Source: Bugula neritina (lineage: Eukaryota > Animalia > Bryozoa). From it: DNA of 64,000 nt. The notes under the pieces were generated by a model. The model saw nothing but the letters and a program-made list of their open reading frames with translations, did not search any database and was not told the DNA's origin. A program made the translations under genes and the position numbers. Every line of letters starts with the position of its first letter. Positions within the stretch are counted from its first letter, which is position 1. The DNA is taken from contig OZ037771.1 of the NCBI GenBank assembly GCA_964035545.1, forward strand, positions 10,606,480 through 10,670,479, read 5' to 3'. This document shows, piece by piece, positions 1-15,000 of the stretch.

Positions 1-120
1 TAGACACAAATACAGTGTAATAAAGTTGAATTAAAAACTTATAGGCTATATACTATATATAAATTGTTAATTGCAGGTCTTTCTTCCTGCACTGAATCTG
101 AGAAATCATAAAACAGGAAG

Positions 121-1533
121 ATGTCTTGGTACGTTGAGCTGAGAGAGTTACTTCGTCCTCCACAGCCACTAAGACACTTTACAGAAATAATTGCATATCC
201 TTTGATCAAATATCCTGACAGCTACAACAAATATCTCTCCCTAAGCCTACAGAAATCATTGGATGCCATGAGTCCCTCGGAGTATTTAAGTTACGTTCTA
301 CATGACTTGACGTTAGACGAGCGAGAGTCGCTCTTAGTAGATGAGAGACAAAGACTGAAAACATTTCTGGCCAACTGGCCTCACGAACACAAGAATGGAC
401 TTAGTGGAGCAATCATGGCTCGTAATGGATTCTATTACTTAAATGACAGTGACAAGGTGCAGTGCGTGTTCTGTAGAGGATCAATAAAAGACTGGAGCAG
501 CGGGGACGATGTACTCAGGGAGCACGGAGTCTCCTTCAGCTTCTGCAGGTTTATTAAAGGTATCGAATGTGGTAACCGACCTTATAAGAGTGAGAAGCTG
601 TGTAAAGAAGACCTGGCAAACATTGATGTGTTTCCCCACAGTTTGGGCAATACAGCATCTTCTAACACAAAAGACATTGAGCATGACTGTGAAGTGCTAG
701 GAATATCAACTAACCGTGCCAGTACTATTCGCTACGCACCGTATGCGTCTAGGATGCGGACGTTCACTAAATGGCCTACAAACTGTCCTGTGAAAGCAGA
801 AGATGTTTGTAAAGCCGGATTTTACTATACGGGATTTAGTGACTCAGCCAGATGCTTCTACTGTTCAGGAAATATCCGGGATTGGGGTCCTGGTGATGAC
901 CCGTGGACAGAACACGCTCGATGGTTTCCAGATTGTAGTTTTTTACTGTATGCAAAGGGACAAGACTTTGTAGATGAAGTTCATGAAGTTACGCCTGAAG
1001 GCATGAAGTCTATCCGGAAAGTTATAAAGAAAAACCGAAAAGCAACAACAGAAACTATTGAGGAGGAAATCACCACTATGATCGAAATTTGTCATAAGTT
1101 GGGGCATTCTAAAGACGTAATTACCAGATCAATAAAACTTAATGGTAAGCCTTTTGAGTCGGTGGCAGAGATGATAGAGAAAGTCTATGAAATGGAAGCT
1201 CTACAAGAATCTGATCCTAATGTTTGTGAAAAACTGGGGACAGCAAACACTTCAACAGCAACAAACAAATCTCTCGATAAAAATCTAACATCATCCAGTA
1301 ATATCAACTCTAGCGCATCGGAGTCATATGAGTTGGCTTGTAAAAACTGTCTCAAAACAACTGGTGAGTTCAAACCAGCCAATCATATCAGTCTTCCGTG
1401 CGGCCATCTTACGTTATGTGAAGCATGTGCCAAGGAATCTGGCAGTAGAGCCAATCAGCAGCAACAAATCTACTGTTTGAAAGACTCTTGCAAAAGTAGA
1501 TTAACTGGTATGATGAAAGTGTTTTTTGGCTAA
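121..1533 (+). CDS. Inhibitor of apoptosis (IAP/BIRC family): 2 BIR + UBA-like + C-terminal RING; single coding exon
   Basis: 470-aa ORF. BIR1: RLKTF..WP..GFYY..DKVQCVFC..W...D....H......C. BIR2: RMRTF.KWP..AGFYYTG..D..RCFYC..W..GDDPWTEHARWFPDC. RING: CKNC..LPCGH...CEAC..C....C ending VFFG. Acceptor-like ttgcag at ~72-77 suggests a 5'UTR intron. Confidence 0.95.
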   Translation: MSWYVELRELLRPPQPLRHFTEIIAYPLIKYPDSYNKYLSLSLQKSLDAMSPSEYLSYVLHDLTLDERESLLVDERQRLKTFLANWPHEHKNGLSGAIMARNGFYYLNDSDKVQCVFCRGSIKDWSSGDDVLREHGVSFSFCRFIKGIECGNRPYKSEKLCKEDLANIDVFPHSLGNTASSNTKDIEHDCEVLGISTNRASTIRYAPYASRMRTFTKWPTNCPVKAEDVCKAGFYYTGFSDSARCFYCSGNIRDWGPGDDPWTEHARWFPDCSFLLYAKGQDFVDEVHEVTPEGMKSIRKVIKKNRKATTETIEEEITTMIEICHKLGHSKDVITRSIKLNGKPFESVAEMIEKVYEMEALQESDPNVCEKLGTANTSTATNKSLDKNLTSSSNINSSASESYELACKNCLKTTGEFKPANHISLPCGHLTLCEACAKESGSRANQQQQIYCLKDSCKSRLTGMMKVFFG

Positions 1534-3432
1534 ATAACACAATTATAATTATAATGTAAGCATTGTTATTTGTTTGTTTAGAGTTTATTAGATAAAGTGT
1601 GCTATTAAATCATAGTAACTTTCATCAATGTTTTTACTGTGAAACATTGGATTTTAGTGATAGAATTAGTGTGATTTTAAGTTAATCTTAATATTTTCAA
1701 GACTGTAGTCTAGGCATATCTATAGAGTAGAATTCTTTGGGCAGCTTTTTATTTATTTAAATATTATATAATTACAAACTTTACTTCATAAATTATATAT
1801 AATATATTATTTTATATAAACAGTTTAGTTTTGTCTTCAAAGTTATGAATCAAATGTTGTATATTGCTATTGCTTTTTACATTTTGTATATTTGAAGTTG
1901 TAAAATAATAAGCTCAACATAAACAAAAAAAATTCATGCAATTTTGTTTAAATGGCACTATCAAGATTTTCTATAATTGGCAGTAAATATAACTTCATCT
2001 GTACAATTGATACAACTAGTGATCCGAAATCAAAGCATGAACATAAATGTATTGGGAAGAGAAACAAGGCAGTTATCTTTCAGTATGTAAGCTGACAGAT
2101 TAAGCCTGTGTTCCATGGCTGCTACAAGAAATAAAGATTTGGATTGTCCCATCATTCGATGGGTTGCATTGTTTGTAGAAAAAATCTTTGACCGCTAGAA
2201 ACGACGGAGTTTACATATATTATATAGAACAAGGTTGATGTAAACGATCAGACTATTATGTTGATCATATCAATACATGAGCAAACACTAATAGCATAAT
2301 TATCATGGAATTTTATGCTGGAATGGAATTCCCAACTAGAGGCATACTGTATTGGAATAACCATTCATGATCATTTATCTATCTAGCATGCTGGCACTAA
2401 AAATGACTATAATAGAGCAAGTACAAAGGGTACCAGTGTGAATAATCAAGGTATATGAGCGTATATAATACAAGTATGACAGTGGGTGTTGAGTATGCCA
2501 GATAGAAACAGAGAGATAATTGTCAACAGCATAGAAAATGAGGGCATGAAAGCAAATTATAGTTGGAGGAAAACTTGTGTGAGCATAGGAGAAAGAATAA
2601 TGGTCAAATACTTCATGCGTATGTGGAATGAGATTATGATTAAATTTTGTACCAATTGACCCTTCATCGATTGTCTATTAATAGTATTTATGCATTTAGT
2701 AAAATTACTATAGAGTATGGGATAATATTCCAAGTTGTCATTCATTATGATGCATAACTGTAATTTATACCAATTCAACCGCAATTCTAGAAACTGGAGA
2801 GTTATGGTATTGTACTGTAAATGTATGCATATTGGGCTATTGGTTCACATAGCTTCTGCGTGTTAAAGCAAGTATGCCATTGAACCTTGAATGCAGGTTT
2901 TCATGCATTTCAATGTTTGAATTGCCTCTCTAAAAATCTAACAATTCTTCAAATAAAAAAGTTTATAGATTGGAAAATTTTTGTGCCCTCTTGCTTTGCT
3001 TATTTACTAAACAAATTTTTTGTTAAGGTTTCCTAAATATTTGATGATCAGCAACGTGTAAGCTTTTGGTATTACGGCATACTGTAATAAACTAAGTCAA
3101 ATAAAGAACTAAAAGAAAATAAAAACAAATTTAATAAAATTTGATAACTGATATTCTCGTAAATGTTGAGTGTATTTATTACTTATCAAAATAACTTTGT
3201 GATATAAATAATTTATATAATTTAACTGGCATAATTATAAATCTTACAGAAATTTTTATATAAAAAAGAAAAGTTGGACTTCTCAGAATATTGCAGATCT
3301 TTATATTATAGGAAAGTCATCATCGTATCAAACTATTTGTTTTTTGAAGAATAGTTCAATTGAGACGCAAACAATAAACAAAAAGGCAATATTATTATGT
3401 ACGTTCAGTACAGAATGCACAGTTTAAACTGT

Positions 3433-3600
3433 ATAATATTATATATAATATCATATATAATATTATATATAATATTATATATATTATCATATATAATATT
3501 ATATATAATATTATATATAATATTATATATAATATCATATATAATATTATATATAATATCATATATAATATTATATATGATATTATATATAATATTATAT
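3433..3600. repeat. AT-only ~12-bp tandem repeat (tatataatatta/tatataatatca)
   Basis: Visible tandem array; produces the low-complexity YIIL ORFs. Confidence 0.9.
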
Positions 3601-4144
3601 ACATACATATGTCTCTATGCTTGTAAGTTAAACATATTTACGCTAGTAGTCTATCACCTCCAGTATAAATGCCTCTAGTCAAATGTCAGCATGTTGCTCC
3701 AATCTATCAACAGCTTGATTTTATCTATTGTGGAATTTTACTAATGAACTTATTAGTTGCTTATCGTGGCTTTATTTCATAATCCTAACTCTAAAATGCT
3801 TCATGGGAACTACGCAAGATTTGAACAGTCAATGTTTACCAAAACGCTTACTGTACGACGTTAGGGAGAGAATTAGTTATGAGCTACTGATGATAATGTA
3901 AACTTATAGTGTAAGATATTGTTTCAATATCTGCCTGTATATGACATATAAACACTTAGTTCAGGATGATAGATTTTATAGCACATAATAAATAAAACAT
4001 TTTGTGGCAAAGCAGTTCTACCAATGTTGCTGCATAGTAGGTTTTCTAGCTTATCCTAGCCCATTTACCTACATCATGTGCAGGTTTCATCTAAATTTTG
4101 CGCAATTACTTTCATTTATATTCTCCCCATAATAGCTTATAGAG

Positions 4145-5444
4145 CAGTGGTTCCAACCTTTTTCATACTATTCCCCCCTTTCATAAATGTAGACTATTAA
4201 TTTCCCCTTTTTCGAAAAGCAAAAAAAGTATGACTGACATGATAATATATGATACAATGCAACGTATTTCGTTATATTATATTTGCATATATAATATAAT
4301 TATCATAATATAGTTATATTATCGTTATTATTTTATTAAATAAAACACAGAGCAGTTCAGTTATTAATGTTATGGCTGCAGTTGATGCTTTAAGGCCAGC
4401 TTGCTTAAGCCTGGCTCTGTTTTTGACAACAGGCCTATCTTAAGTCACTCTGCAGGTTAAGGCAGTTTCTCTTCACTTTGAGTTGATGAGAATTATACCT
4501 CACATGGATAGGTGGTGTTGGATGGCACCAAAACTCTGATTTGTCAGCTATGTGTGGGCTGCTTGTTGAAATTCAGAATGATTTTAAGTAAAACTGGCAT
4601 TTGTAAAGATGTCACAGGTAATAATGGCATAAATGGAAAAGTAGGTAAAAATGGCACGCTGATGTTAAATTTTTCCAAACTCAAACCCCAAACCCCCAAC
4701 CCCCAACCCTTGAACCCAAACCCCCACCTCCTAACTCAAACCCCCACCTCCTAACTCAAACCCCCTACCCTCAAACTCCAGAACCCAAAATACAAACCCA
4801 AAATCCTCACCTCAAACCCCATCTCCAAACTCCAAACCGCCACCCAATATTGAAAATGTGCCATTTTTGCCTACTTCTCCATTTGTGCCATTATTACCTG
4901 TGCCATTTTTACCTAAAATCGGAACAGGTTCTTCTCCTATAAAAGTTTCTTGAATGTGGGGAGACACCATGTTTTTGAAAGAGGCGCTACCACTTTAGTG
5001 TAACCTTTAAAACATTGATCCTGCTATGAAAAGCAATGAAATGATGATAGCACTCCTGCATTCTTAGGTTCAGATTATTTAGTGTAGCAAATATATTTAC
5101 AAGGTATGTAGTATACAGTTTATAGAGGCTGACTTGCATGACTGCTAAAAGTTGGCCTGTAGAGTTTTGCAAATTTTTTGACCTCCATTCGAAGTAGCAC
5201 AAAAAGCAGTTAGGGTAGAGTAATTATTAAACACATTCATGTTGAAGTAGACGAAGATTGCAGAATATAGTTTGGTTAAATAAATGAACTAAGATGAAGG
5301 TTTATAGATATGCATATACATGTAACTTGCAAGAGCTCAAAAAGCCTTCATCAAAATTTGTGAATTTTTCAAATTTCAACTTCCTCCCCTAAAATGTCCA
5401 AATTCCCCCCTAAGGGGGAATTCCCCCCAGGTTGGGAACCACTG
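4145..5444. mobile_element. Non-autonomous hAT-type DNA transposon
   Basis: TIRs cagtggttcc-aacct ... aggttgggaaccactg; 8-bp TSD ttatagag/ttataaag (1 mismatch); no transposase ORF. Confidence 0.8.
4579..4921. mobile_element. Foldback-like MITE nested in the hAT element (family copy 1)
   Basis: Long modular inverted arms (aaatggcac/gtgccattt subrepeats) around an (aacccc)-rich core; ends tgattttaagtaaa ... tttacctaaaatcg; flanked by gaa/gaa; related copy at 30385-30673. Confidence 0.75.
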
Positions 5445-5637
5445 TTATAAAGAAACTTATGCTGCCTGTTGTTTATACATGTTTTATTTGGAGCACCTGC
5501 AGCAATTGACAAGCATTTCTAGGTACTTGTAGTCTCAATACAAGCTCAAGATTTCATCATTTGCAATATACAAGGAAGTAATATACTGAGTGAGCGTTTC
5601 TGAATAAGTTTCGATTTAATGATTTGCATGAGCTTTC

Positions 5638-6847
<1,210 letters not shown>

Positions 6848-7801
6848 CATATAATGTCATCATGGAACTCATAAAGTCTGAGTAGTTTCTGTGAAACTTA
6901 AAAAATGCTGTTATTACAAACAAGAGCTATTATTGTTAATACAAAAGCTATTGTGTTTAGACAAGTAACAGCTTGGTATATGACACCCCCTAATCTACCG
7001 CAGCTTCAAATATCTAAATCTTTACAAATTATATTAAACAAAAAGTACCAAACCCTAATATAATGCTATATTTCTAAAAGCAGTGTAAGGGAATACTCTT
7101 ATAACCAGTTATAAGAAAACTGTATCACACAGTTGTAGTATAATATCTAACTCTAGCATGTTGCAACTCATAATGGGAGGAAGTTGGACTGTTCCCCGGG
7201 AGAAAACATTTAACATGACCAATTCCAACTTCCCTGTGAATGTTGTGAAAGTTAGTACACATTTCATACTTGGGAACAAAATTAAATGTTTTCATACATT
7301 GCTGGCAGTTGTTGGTCTGCAAACTTTAGTCTCTGGGCCTATGGATGTTAAATATTTTTGGTGAAATTAAATTACGAAATAGAAGAGTTGTAGTAACTAT
7401 TGTACAATAAAGCAAATTATTAGAGTTTAATTTTACTTCTGAAGTCAGAGTCTCATTTATTGGATTTGCTATTTCAAACCTGCTAGCTGTTAACTTTCCT
7501 TTCCAGGTTATAGTTTAGCCTATTTTACTGATCTTCTTGATTGTGTTGATCTAATATTACATTACAGTATTATTAATAAATGCATAGATAAGTAGTTGAA
7601 GATTAAAAAGTTGTACAAGAAAAATTAAGTTTGTTACTGGTACCTAAATTTATGTATGTCGCCAATTCAAAAAACTAAATTTGTTTCTTGCGTGGAAATA
7701 TAGGGTACAGATATAAGCAAAACTATCGCTTACAAATAAAAATTACTAAAGACACACCAAAGATTTACAAATCATGGATGTAGTGTTGAGTCTACTCAGC
7801 A

Positions 7802-7874
7802 GCCCCTGTGGTGTAATTGGTTAGAGCGCCTGCTTGCAAGCTGAGGGTTTGTGGTTTGAATCCATGTTGGGGTA
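7802..7874 (+). mobile_element. Degenerate tRNA-like sequence, probably a tRNA-derived SINE head or tRNA pseudogene
   Basis: A-box-like TGGTGTAATTGG, B-box-like GGTTTGAATCC in a GTGG/CCAT T-stem, gcccc/ggggt acceptor-like pairing; D- and anticodon stems are broken. Confidence 0.6.
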
Positions 7875-9244
7875 ACAATTTTACAGTTGAGACATTGAGT
7901 GTATTAGAAGACAGGATAGTACTCTTCTCTAGACAACTGAACATTTACATTAAAAATTTGGGAATTTACACTATATTGGGAAAATTTCCTCTACTACATC
8001 TCAATTTAACAAGGATGAGCTCAATCATTTGACTTTTTCAAGTAGTTGAATAATACATAATATGAGAACCAGTGAACCATAACTTACTTGGATTTTTGCT
8101 CATGATGATGATTACTTTTCATTTCCATGCTATCTCTAGATCATAGCTGATGATTACATGATTCTCTAGGCAACTCACTAACGTAACATAGTATACATTG
8201 AGTAAGAGCCATCTAAGCAACAAGTATCTATAGTTAAGCAGCCTAAAAGTTTATATTTAAACTATGATGTAATATGTACTTTGCATCCCTTACCAGCTTA
8301 CCTATTCTATGCTAGACTGGCTCTATTAAAGTTATTCTGTAGTTACTAATACTACATTAGGTCTTGACAATCTTATTAATGAGCAAACATAATGTTTTAA
8401 AGTTCAACATTTTATTTTGCTGAGTTGTTTGAAACAATATATCATGCAAAATAATATATTGTATAATTTAAATAGTATATTATACAATGTGAATAATATA
8501 ATATATAATATGGACAATATATTAATAAAATGAAAGAAGTGTTTACTTACTTTCCAGATTGAAGTTGAAATCAAAATTTGCTTTCAATATTTTCTAGCAT
8601 AATTCAGACCAGTACAATAAGAAGTTACACCAGCTTTACTAATAGGTGTGTATCATAGTGTAGAGAGTGAACAGGTGAAGAGGTCGTTTATCATGGGTGT
8701 CTGAGTACCCATGCAGGTATCCACATAGTTCAGTGTTGTGTAGAAGGATGTATGTATGTTATGATTCAACTATATTATCCTTATACAATTTACTGGTCTT
8801 GCACGACTTAACTTAATTAAAAGCCAAATCCCATCTCTAGTCAAACACTACAAGAGTAGGCATGCGAATTTTTAGCTCAAGTATTTGCACCTAAACCTAC
8901 CAAACACAACCATATTATTTGGAGGGCAACTTACAGCTGAATGATTACTCTTACTGAGTTGATAACATGAAGGCTTATAATTTACTAAAATGAAATGTCA
9001 AGTTGTTTGAGGACTTGATGGAGAATAATTGAAAATTTGTGTAAATAATATGGAGAAAACTTAATATTGTAGGTAGGAACTTTTGATATGCAAGTATATA
9101 TGTTGCTTTAGATCTATTAATATAATTGATCAATCCAACAACAATGTTGCTTAGTATTACAGTTATACGTAACCAGTGATATGTAAAAATCATAATTAAT
9201 ATGTTTAAGTTGTTTTTATACTGTGCTGTGTATACCGGTGTGTG

Positions 9245-9877
9245 CATGAATACGGTAAAGCAAGGCAGTGGCGTAAATCATTTTGTGTTAAATTGAGAGC
9301 CTTCAAACGGCCCTTGAAAAAACATGATTATGCTCAGTCAAACCGTACATTTTCTGATGTCATATGGGAGAACCTCCTTTTACACGTGTAACTTGTTTAA
9401 GGGTACCTAAATTACAAAAAAAGACAACTTTTGAAAGCTTTCTCACCAGTTTGCTGCTGCTTGGATTTTAAATCGTCTTCCGCATTGCCTATCTTTGAGA
9501 TGTTAAAGGGTTACAATGACAGATTGCATCCAGTATTTCTGTAATTTGTTTATGCCAATTTATTCTGATCTTTCAATGATATTCATTGTTAATATTTAAT
9601 AAATTGTTTTTCAGCTAGCAAAATAGGTAGACCAACTTATCTTATAAGGTTCAACTCTCACACAGGGAGGTTTAACCTGTTTAATCTGTTGTGCCAAAAA
9701 ACTTAGTCAAAACTGGGCTCTATATCAATGAGTGAAATGTTTATGCATTCAGTTTTAATGAACAAGACAGCAACATATCACCAACTTTTATAGTACTGAT
9801 TTTTGGATTGGCAAACTAGTTCTTCAAAACATATGCTCAACAATGCAATATTTGGTTTAACTATCCCAACCCTTCCG
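9245..9877. repeat. Degenerate dispersed repeat (DNA-transposon-like), same family as 52222-53533
   Basis: 9245-9365 (ggtaaagcaaggcagtggc..ttttctgatgtcatat) matches 53418-53533; ggttcaact..ctcacac and tggtttaactatccc are inverted equivalents of the ggggctagttgaaccac motifs at 52.2-52.6 kb. Confidence 0.5.
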
Positions 9878-10332
9878 CCTGCATATATTATAATAATGAA
9901 TACATATTATTATGATACATATCATTGCATATAACAATTAAATTATGTCATCAGATCAGCATTCCAAAGCACTATCTACACCACAGAATATGTCAGTTTG
10001 TAATAAAGTGTTGATTCTCTTATTTGACTCATCACCTCATCTTGAAGGTTTAATATGCTGTTAGAAGAGTGCAGCTATTACTCATCCTAGCTGTTGACTC
10101 ATACTGTGGAGTTTAGTGAATGTTAACTTACAGCTCTTTGCTATGATACTGTGTTAGACAGCAAACTCTATTTTATATGGAGATATGATCTATTAATAGT
10201 ATATTGACTAATGTTGTTTATAGTGTATATATGATATATTTTGTTATATCCATTGTATATTGTTGATGTATACTTTGTACAGATCATAGGATACACTTTC
10301 TGTACTTTGAGCCATTTCAGTAAATTCTATTC

Positions 10333-10650
10333 CAGGGTTGTTCAACAGGCGACCCCAGGGCCGGATGTGGCCCCCAGCCTATGTGGCCCTCAAAGGCATG
10401 AAGCTAAAATTATTTTTTACAGTATGCATGATTAAAGTTAAAAACCATCTTTTAAATGTCTTATTTATACACATGCTACAAAACATGCAGCCTGCAGTAA
10501 CTATTGGGACTTTATTGTGTAGTGGTTCATAAGAATTTGAAATGAAATAATTTGAAAATTACTGACACTGTCGCCCCCAGCACAAGCTAAAGTTTACAAT
10601 AAAATATTCCCTTTCAGTAGCCCTCACTCTGAAAAGGTTGGACACCCCTG
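10333..10650. mobile_element. hAT/Charlie-like MITE
   Basis: Ends cagggttgttcaac ... gttggacacccctg; gggccggatgtggccc subterminal motif; imperfect flanking duplication (tctattc on both sides). Confidence 0.7.
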
Positions 10651-12039
10651 TAATCTATTCATTAGTTTTACAGAAGTTTTGGAAATTCCCAGTACCTAAA
10701 GATGAATCAGCCCTGATGGGAAAGTAGCCAATGATGTGGAGTAATGCTATCTGTGTATATGTCACTAAAGTATTTCATCACAGATAATGATGTCTATTCA
10801 AGCCTATCACATGTCACAATAATGTGATTCAAAAATAGTTCCTGTTCCCAACTACCATTAAAACTAGTAACTATTTATGCCATTATAACCCTGAATAAGC
10901 TCAACGTTATTCCACATTTGATCCTGCTTTCCAGTTCTCTTTTCTCCTAATCTATATTTTCACAGGTTTTCCAGCTACATTTATACATTTTTTGAGTAAC
11001 TCTATTATAAAATTTCCTACTGCATATTATCAGGTGATTTAAACTTTTCCCTTTTCCTTTTTTAGTTTTTCCCATGTACATACGTACATTATGAATCTCA
11101 CAGAAGTGGTTAATATATGAGGTAATTATACCCCTTACAGTGGCACAAACACCCCCAATTAACAGAAACCCTCTCATCTGTCCTCCTTAATGCCTCACAA
11201 ATAGGCCTATTTAGGATATTTAATAACTTCAAAGTGCCCTCTATTACACACTGTCACCTCCTAACAAGTGTATATTATTGTTATGATTTAGGGACGCAGA
11301 ATCACTCTGGCTGGAGCCACAGAAAGGTCCAAGTATTCGAGGTAAGGTCTGGTTTGGTAGTTAGAAGATACGGTTATACTGATTTATTTCAATTTTAAAG
11401 ATATCGTTATTGTCAAGAAACATCCAAGTGTATACAAATTCAAGCTGTAGACCTTCTAAAAAGTCCTACTCTGTATAGCTATAACATTCACTGTCCACTA
11501 TTTTTGTTTTGTACTTATTAAGAATTTTACAACCCTTGATTTGTTACCTCCTATAATAAGCTACATATTATAATCATCTAATCCTTGATGATCAGCAATT
11601 AAATATCAAGTCTTGAAAATTCTCAAAAGATGTTGAAGATGTCTTCAAAGTAATGAATTTTAAATTTTATTTTAGTAAAACCTTTATTTAGCCAATTAGT
11701 AAGCTTTAAAAGTTCAGCACTTCCCTTAATAATTATGTTTTATTTACAGTATTTTAATTATTGACGCAATAAAAATATCAGCAAAATCCATTATGATAAA
11801 TTATTATTAATAAAAATTTCATAAAGATGTTTACAATTTACATTATATAGATTGAGGTAAAGAATATCAACATTTAAATGGATGTTTATGATGATGTATT
11901 GTGAGAGTTTATTACAATTTAAAAACTTCGTATTGTAATGTAAAGCGCTGTGTGAAAAAACTAAATAGCTCCGATTGCTGTGCATGTAACTATAATAGCA
12001 CATCTACAGTCTGTCTGTTAGTCTGCCTGTGTTTATCAG

Positions 12040-15000
12040 ATGAAATACAACATGAGTCCTGAAAGAGTATTCCTCTACGTGACTCTACTATTAGGAGTTG
12101 TTGTACACCAGTTGTTGATGGCAGAAGACACTGAGCCTATTCTTTATAGCAGGTTTACCAGAAAGAAAACGGAATTGCCAATTAAAGGTAAATTATTTAA
12201 TGACTGGTATTAAATACTATCATATACTGAATAGCAGTGTCCACTGTGTCGATTGTAACAGGATGATAAAATTTCCTAGCATGAATTCCATTGGTTCACT
12301 GATGAAACTGGAGATTATTTTATATCAACTCAATTGTTAGAGTAAACACTTATATGGGATTGAAATGTATAGAGTTTGCTTGGAATTCCCTACTGTTGAA
12401 CATGTGAATATGTTAATCCGAGAAGTTAGCATACAATGACCAATGTGTACCTTTTTGTTGAGCTCACAAATAACTCCATTTCTTAGTATCAGGTTGCAGT
12501 TTGTAGCACTAAAATTCTGTACAATGGCGGTTGCTTAATACTTTTCAAGAGTTTTTGAGAGTTATCCAATTTTATTTTATAGATAACCTTAGTTTTTTCA
12601 CATATAACCTTAATGCTTGCCATATGAACAATCAACTCAGTGATGTTTTGCAAAATTTGTATATGTGAATCAAATGTAGATAATCAAATGCTAATACAAT
12701 GATAAATTATATTTATTGGTAGATGAAGTTTGCATTACTTGCTTGGAGTTGTCTTCTTTTTCTCAACAAAGTGTAAAGTTGCATTAAAATTAGGAATGAT
12801 ACTCTAATAATACTGAAATTGTTTAGAATATTATCATACAAAAGGAAAATGAACTGACTATATAATTTAAAAAAAAAATAAATTTGAAAATTTCGAATAA
12901 CAGAAATCAATTCTTTTTAATTTGTATTTCTTATTTGTAATTAGGATTATGTAGTAGAGTTGCATATTGAATGCTTCTACTTTCTAGTAATTACTATTGC
13001 TATGCTTTATCATCTTACAAAACTTTTGTTAAATGCATCTTATCTTCAAAATATTGTTACAATTTTAAATAACCTTTTAGAAGAAATATCAATTTTGCAA
13101 TTTGTCTGTTTTAAAGCATATATTTTACAATAAGGGTACAGATGCTGTACGATCTTATTACAATGTATTTGCTGCTTTGTTGCTAGCATACAATATAAAG
13201 CCAGAACGTGGAGATTTACCAGACAGTTCAAACTTTATACCTTCTCCAGCTGCTACCACCATTCCACAAACTCCGTATGCTATAGCTCATTCTACAACAG
13301 CCACTCCTACTGGTCCCATTGAAGCAGACGTGGCTTTAACTGACTCCGTGTCTGTCCAAACCACCACCGATGCACACACATTTGTTGTTGCTCCAGTATC
13401 TGTTACCAACACAGTCTCTGCTGCTTCAAACACTTCCATGGCAAGTTGGACTCCCACTAACTACACAGTCTACTTAGCGATGAAGTCAGAGAGCCCAGTC
13501 GTCTGCAAGTGTTCCACAGATGACACACAGAGTCAGGTGGAAAAAGCTACGACTATGAGCCAACAGTTTGACAGAGTTATGTCTCTAGCCATGAGAGCCC
13601 TGGAGAGCAAGGTAGTTACTTGGTGCTTGTCATTTAGATGTTTCCAGTTGTCACAACTGTTATAGAATATAGATGCTTAAAAATCTAAATATATATTTTT
13701 AATTAAAATTTGCTAATAGGTAGACTTGTTTTATAAACATTTTTTTACAAGTTTCAACCTGTGCTAAACAGTTCTTTCTAAAAATTCTCAGCAAGTTTGT
13801 GTTTATTGTTTTACTTTTCTTTATCCTACTCTACAATACCCTACTCTACTCTACTCTACCCTACCCTACCCTACCCTACTCTATCCTACGCTGCCCTACC
13901 CTACCCTACCCTACCCTACCCTACCCTACCCTACCCTACCCTACCCTACCCTACCCTACCCTACCCTACCCTACCCTACCCTACCCTACCCTACCCTACC
14001 CTACCCTACCCTACCCTATCCTACCCTACTCTACTCTGCTCTATTCTGTACACAAGTTAATAAGTGTTATTATATTCTAAATCTGACATACTACAAACTT
14101 TAGGACAAAAGATTCACCTTGTGTTTAGTACTGCCTAGATATAAGAAGTAGTGAGTTTATAGTGTGTACTTTCTATGTAACTCATTTCTAAAGGCTGAGA
14201 ACAAGGAGTTATCACAGCAGATTGTAGACTTGTACAAAGAGCAAACCTCCGCACTGCAAGACCTTACAAACCAAACTCTCAGTCTACAGAGTGCTGTTGC
14301 TAGTACTAAGGTATATCATGTAGCACACCATATGCTAGTACCGCAGAATTAAAATATGTGAACATGCTGATTGCTCTACACATCACTAGCATTAACTACA
14401 CGCTAAACATGCTGATTGTTCTACACATCACTAGCACTAACTACACGCTAAACATGCTGATTGCTCTGCACAGAGTCTGTCAGTGAAGAACGTTAGAGTC
14501 GACAACCAACTGAAGGGTAGACTAGACGTCGTTGAGGCAGCCCTAAATGCAGTTGAATCAAAGAATTTAGCCTATGATTTGTTCCGAAAGCTGACGCAAA
14601 GAAATATCACTTACTTGCAAGATTTGACAAACTTTTTGTGGTAAGACAACTTCTCCTTTAGTGCATAATGCTATCGTAAAAGTCCTTTCACAAGTGGGTG
14701 AATATCATGTAATATTAAAGTCTATAGAAACATGCCGCAGGGTCTAAATGTGTGCAGTGCAGTTTACACCAGTTTCCCATGTATTGTTGTGTATTACCTC
14801 ATCTACAAACCTTGTCATAGCGTAGAACTTTTGGGTTTCCTACAAACATAACTATTTGAAATTTAGTCAATAGTAGGCCTACATGTTGATAGGAATGCAC
14901 AGAACTTCCATTCTTTTGTCTTTAAATATCGTAGACTAAAAACCTACTAGAACCTGACAGCCATCTCCCGTAAACAAGCGCCTTTAAGTTCTTATTAAGC

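Noticed and set aside
7802-7874. Functional tRNA-Ala/Cys gene
   Set aside because: D-stem and anticodon stem do not pair and TTC reads TTT; kept only as a SINE head or pseudogene.
10820-11270. Possible very old LINE fragment (also ~2030-2600)
   Set aside because: Only vague motif resemblance; not supportable without a repeat-library search.
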